Part shown: piece after piece, positions 61,919 to 64,000 of the stretch | Position numbering within the stretch: position 1 is the stretch's first letter | How the letters are laid out: the number at the start of each line of letters is the position of its first letter | Assembly (NCBI RefSeq): GCF_963921235.1 | Contig: NC_086108.1 | Coordinates: forward strand, 111,664,001 to 111,728,000 | Length of the DNA: 64,000 bases | Direction: 5' to 3' | Origin: Mobula hypostoma | Lineage: Eukaryota | Notes under the pieces: model-generated | Databases searched by the model: none | Told to the model about the DNA's origin: nothing | Seen by the model: the letters and a program-made list of their open reading frames with translations, nothing else | Made by a program: the position numbers and the translations under genes

Positions 61919-62051
61919 TCTGAGGACAAGAAAGATGACTCCCAAACTTCAAGGCCTTCAACGTCCAAAGATATGAAAGTATTCCCGAAACACTCAGAGA
62001 GACGGAAGTCCAAGACGCCATTAAAATCAGCAAGGAAAGCCAAATCTGCTG
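61919..62051 (+). CDS. Putative coding exon of the divergent gene (candidate DNAI3/WDR63 N-terminus)
   Basis: Branch-like CTAAC, pyrimidine tract, tttctgcAG acceptor, GCTG|GTGAGT donor. 133 bp, open: SEDKKDDSQTSRPSTSKDMKVFPKHSERRKSKTPLKSARKAKSA. Lies in non-repeat sequence. Confidence 0.7.
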
Positions 62052-62186
62052 GTGAGTTGAAGATAAAAAGATTAAAGATGAGCTTTATTTGTCACATGTA
62101 CATCGAAACATCAAAACATAGTGAAATGCATCATTTGTGTCAACAACCAGCACAGTACAAAAATGTTCCGGGAGCTTGTTGCGAGT

Positions 62187-62411
62187 TATGGTAAACCATA
62201 TATATGTTGTAACTAGGTTAACTGCCTGGCACGCCCCTCTGCTGACTGCCCCTGTGGCTCCTCCCACACTCCTGTATAAAGGTGTTTCGCCTTGCCCCTC
62301 CCCCTCAGTCCGGGGGCAGACACTCACTGTGGAGGTCGTACTGTACAGCGAATAAAAGCCTTTCAGTATTTTACCCAACCTCAATCTTTTGGCGTTATTG
62401 AAGGTGCTTCA
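62187..62411 (+). mobile_element. Short solo LTR (225 bp)
   Basis: TA(TG-like)...CA ends, TATAAA at ~62275, AATAAA at 62351-62356. Near-TSD CGAGT/CAAGT splitting a SINE-like host. Confidence 0.7.
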
Positions 62412-62596
62412 CAAGTGTCACCTTGCTTCTGGCACCAACACAGCGTGCCCACAACCAACAAACCCTAACTGGTACATCTTTGCAATGTGAGAGGAAACCA
62501 GAGCATCTGGAGGGAAAGCACATAATTACAGGGAGGTTGTATGGATTCCTTACGGACAGTGGCAGGAATTGAATGCTGAGCGCTGGTCCTGTAAAG

Positions 62597-63350
62597 CAGC
62601 GGTGCCCAACCACCGGGCCGCAAAGCGTGTGCTACCAGGCCGCGAGGAAACGATATGAGTCAGCTGCACCTTTCCTCATTCCCTGTCACGCACTGTTCAA
62701 CTTGAACATAGGGTTACCAACTGTCTCGTATTTGCTGGGACATCCTGTATATTGGGCAAAATTGGTTTGTCCCATACGGGACCGCACTTGTCCCGTATTT
62801 CCCCCGCTAAGGTAGAGCGTTCCTATGAAACCTTTCATGCCGAAATGGCGTGAAGCGAAGAAGCAATTACCATTAATTTATATGGGAAAAACTTTTGAGC
62901 GTTTCCAGACCCAAAAAATAACCTACCAAATCATACCAAATAACACATAAAACCGAAAATAACACTAACATATAGTAAAAGCAGGAATGATATGATAAAT
63001 ACACAGCCTATATAAAGTAGAAATAGTGTATGTACAGTATAGTCGGGAAGATTAAGGCAAAACCGATTTGTGGGAAAAAAATCGGCACGTACACGCATGC
63101 GCACGCAGGTGCCCGTGGAAGGCTTCCTGGTCATGGTAGTCTTTCCTGGGGTAAGCACAAGTGTCCCGGGATTTGACTGCTACTTTTGTCCCTTATTTGG
63201 GAGTGAGAAAGTTGGCTATCCTAACTGTAAAACATGTTTAGGTGAGTTTAACCCTACTTGAACACCACCCACCCCACCCGGTCGGCCGGTCCGCAAGAAT
63301 ATTGTCAATATTAAACCGGTCTGCAGTGCAAAACAGGTTGGGGAGCCCTG
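62597..63350. mobile_element. Non-autonomous hAT element containing a second TIR pair
   Basis: Perfect 8-bp TSD CTGTAAAG at 62589-62596 and 63351-63358. TIRs CAGCGGTGCCCAACC / GGTTGGGGAGCCCTG. Inner TAGGGTTACCAAC (62709) ... GTTGGCTATCCTA (63223). Confidence 0.9.
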
Positions 63351-64000
63351 CTGTAAAGTATTATGCCAGCTGCTGTGCCACTGTGCCACCTGAGATGGAA
63401 ACCGTCCATTCTGCCCAACCTGTCCATGTCGACCCTGCCTACCTGAGCTGATAACATCTCCTCCTCACTGACAGTTTACAAAAATCATTAGCTTTATTTG
63501 TCCCATGTACAGCAAAACATTGAAGCACAGTCCGAAGATGTGCTGGGGCAGCCAGCGAGTCTCACTGCACTTCTGCGGCCAGCGTAGGATGGCCACAACT
63601 CACTAAGTCTAAACTGTACATCTTTGAAACCTGGGGAGAAACCAGAGCAGTCACGGGGAGAATGTGCAAACTCCTTACAGAACTGCTACACTAGGGTGCC
63701 ATTCTCACAAAGAGTCTCGACCCAAAACGTTGGCTGTCACTGGCTTTTCACTGTAGCTTGGTGCACATGACAATAATAAATTGCTCATTTCCCTCTGTAG
63801 ATGCTTCCTGACTCCTGAATTCCTCCAGATTTCCAGCATCTGTGGTCTCTCTTGTGTCATAAGACCGCAAGATATAGGAACATCCATTTGGCCCATCGAG
63901 TCTGCTCCGCCATTTCATTACAGCTAATCCATTTTCCTTCTCAGCCCCAATCTCCTGTCTTCTCCCCTATCCCTTCATGCTCTGACCGATCAAGAATCTA

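Overview
Repeat-saturated vertebrate genomic DNA, most likely a cartilaginous fish (inferred from the CR1/Rex1/Penelope/V-SINE landscape). The 5' part of a mucolipin-3-like gene (MCOLN3) lies on the minus strand. It has a probable non-coding exon 1 ending at 33807 in a CpG-rich promoter and coding exons at 14157-13931, 9528-9361 and 408-255. A second CpG-rich promoter at ~48.7-48.9 kb carries CCAAT, RFX X-box-like and ETS motifs. It appears to drive a divergent plus-strand gene (Met-Asn micro-exon 48877-48882, next exon 61919-62051), plausibly DNAI3/WDR63 by synteny. The rest is mostly nested transposable elements: many CR1 LINEs (one near full-length with esterase ORF1 and APE-RT ORF2), Rex1-type and L1 LINEs, SINEs, four solo LTRs, a Chapaev-type transposon, and hAT and mariner MITEs. 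The most unusual structure is a set of TSD-flanked, self-inverted Penelope-derived insertions that carry minimal hammerhead ribozyme motifs. All family assignments are from recognition by eye, not database searches, and boundaries of degenerate elements are approximate.
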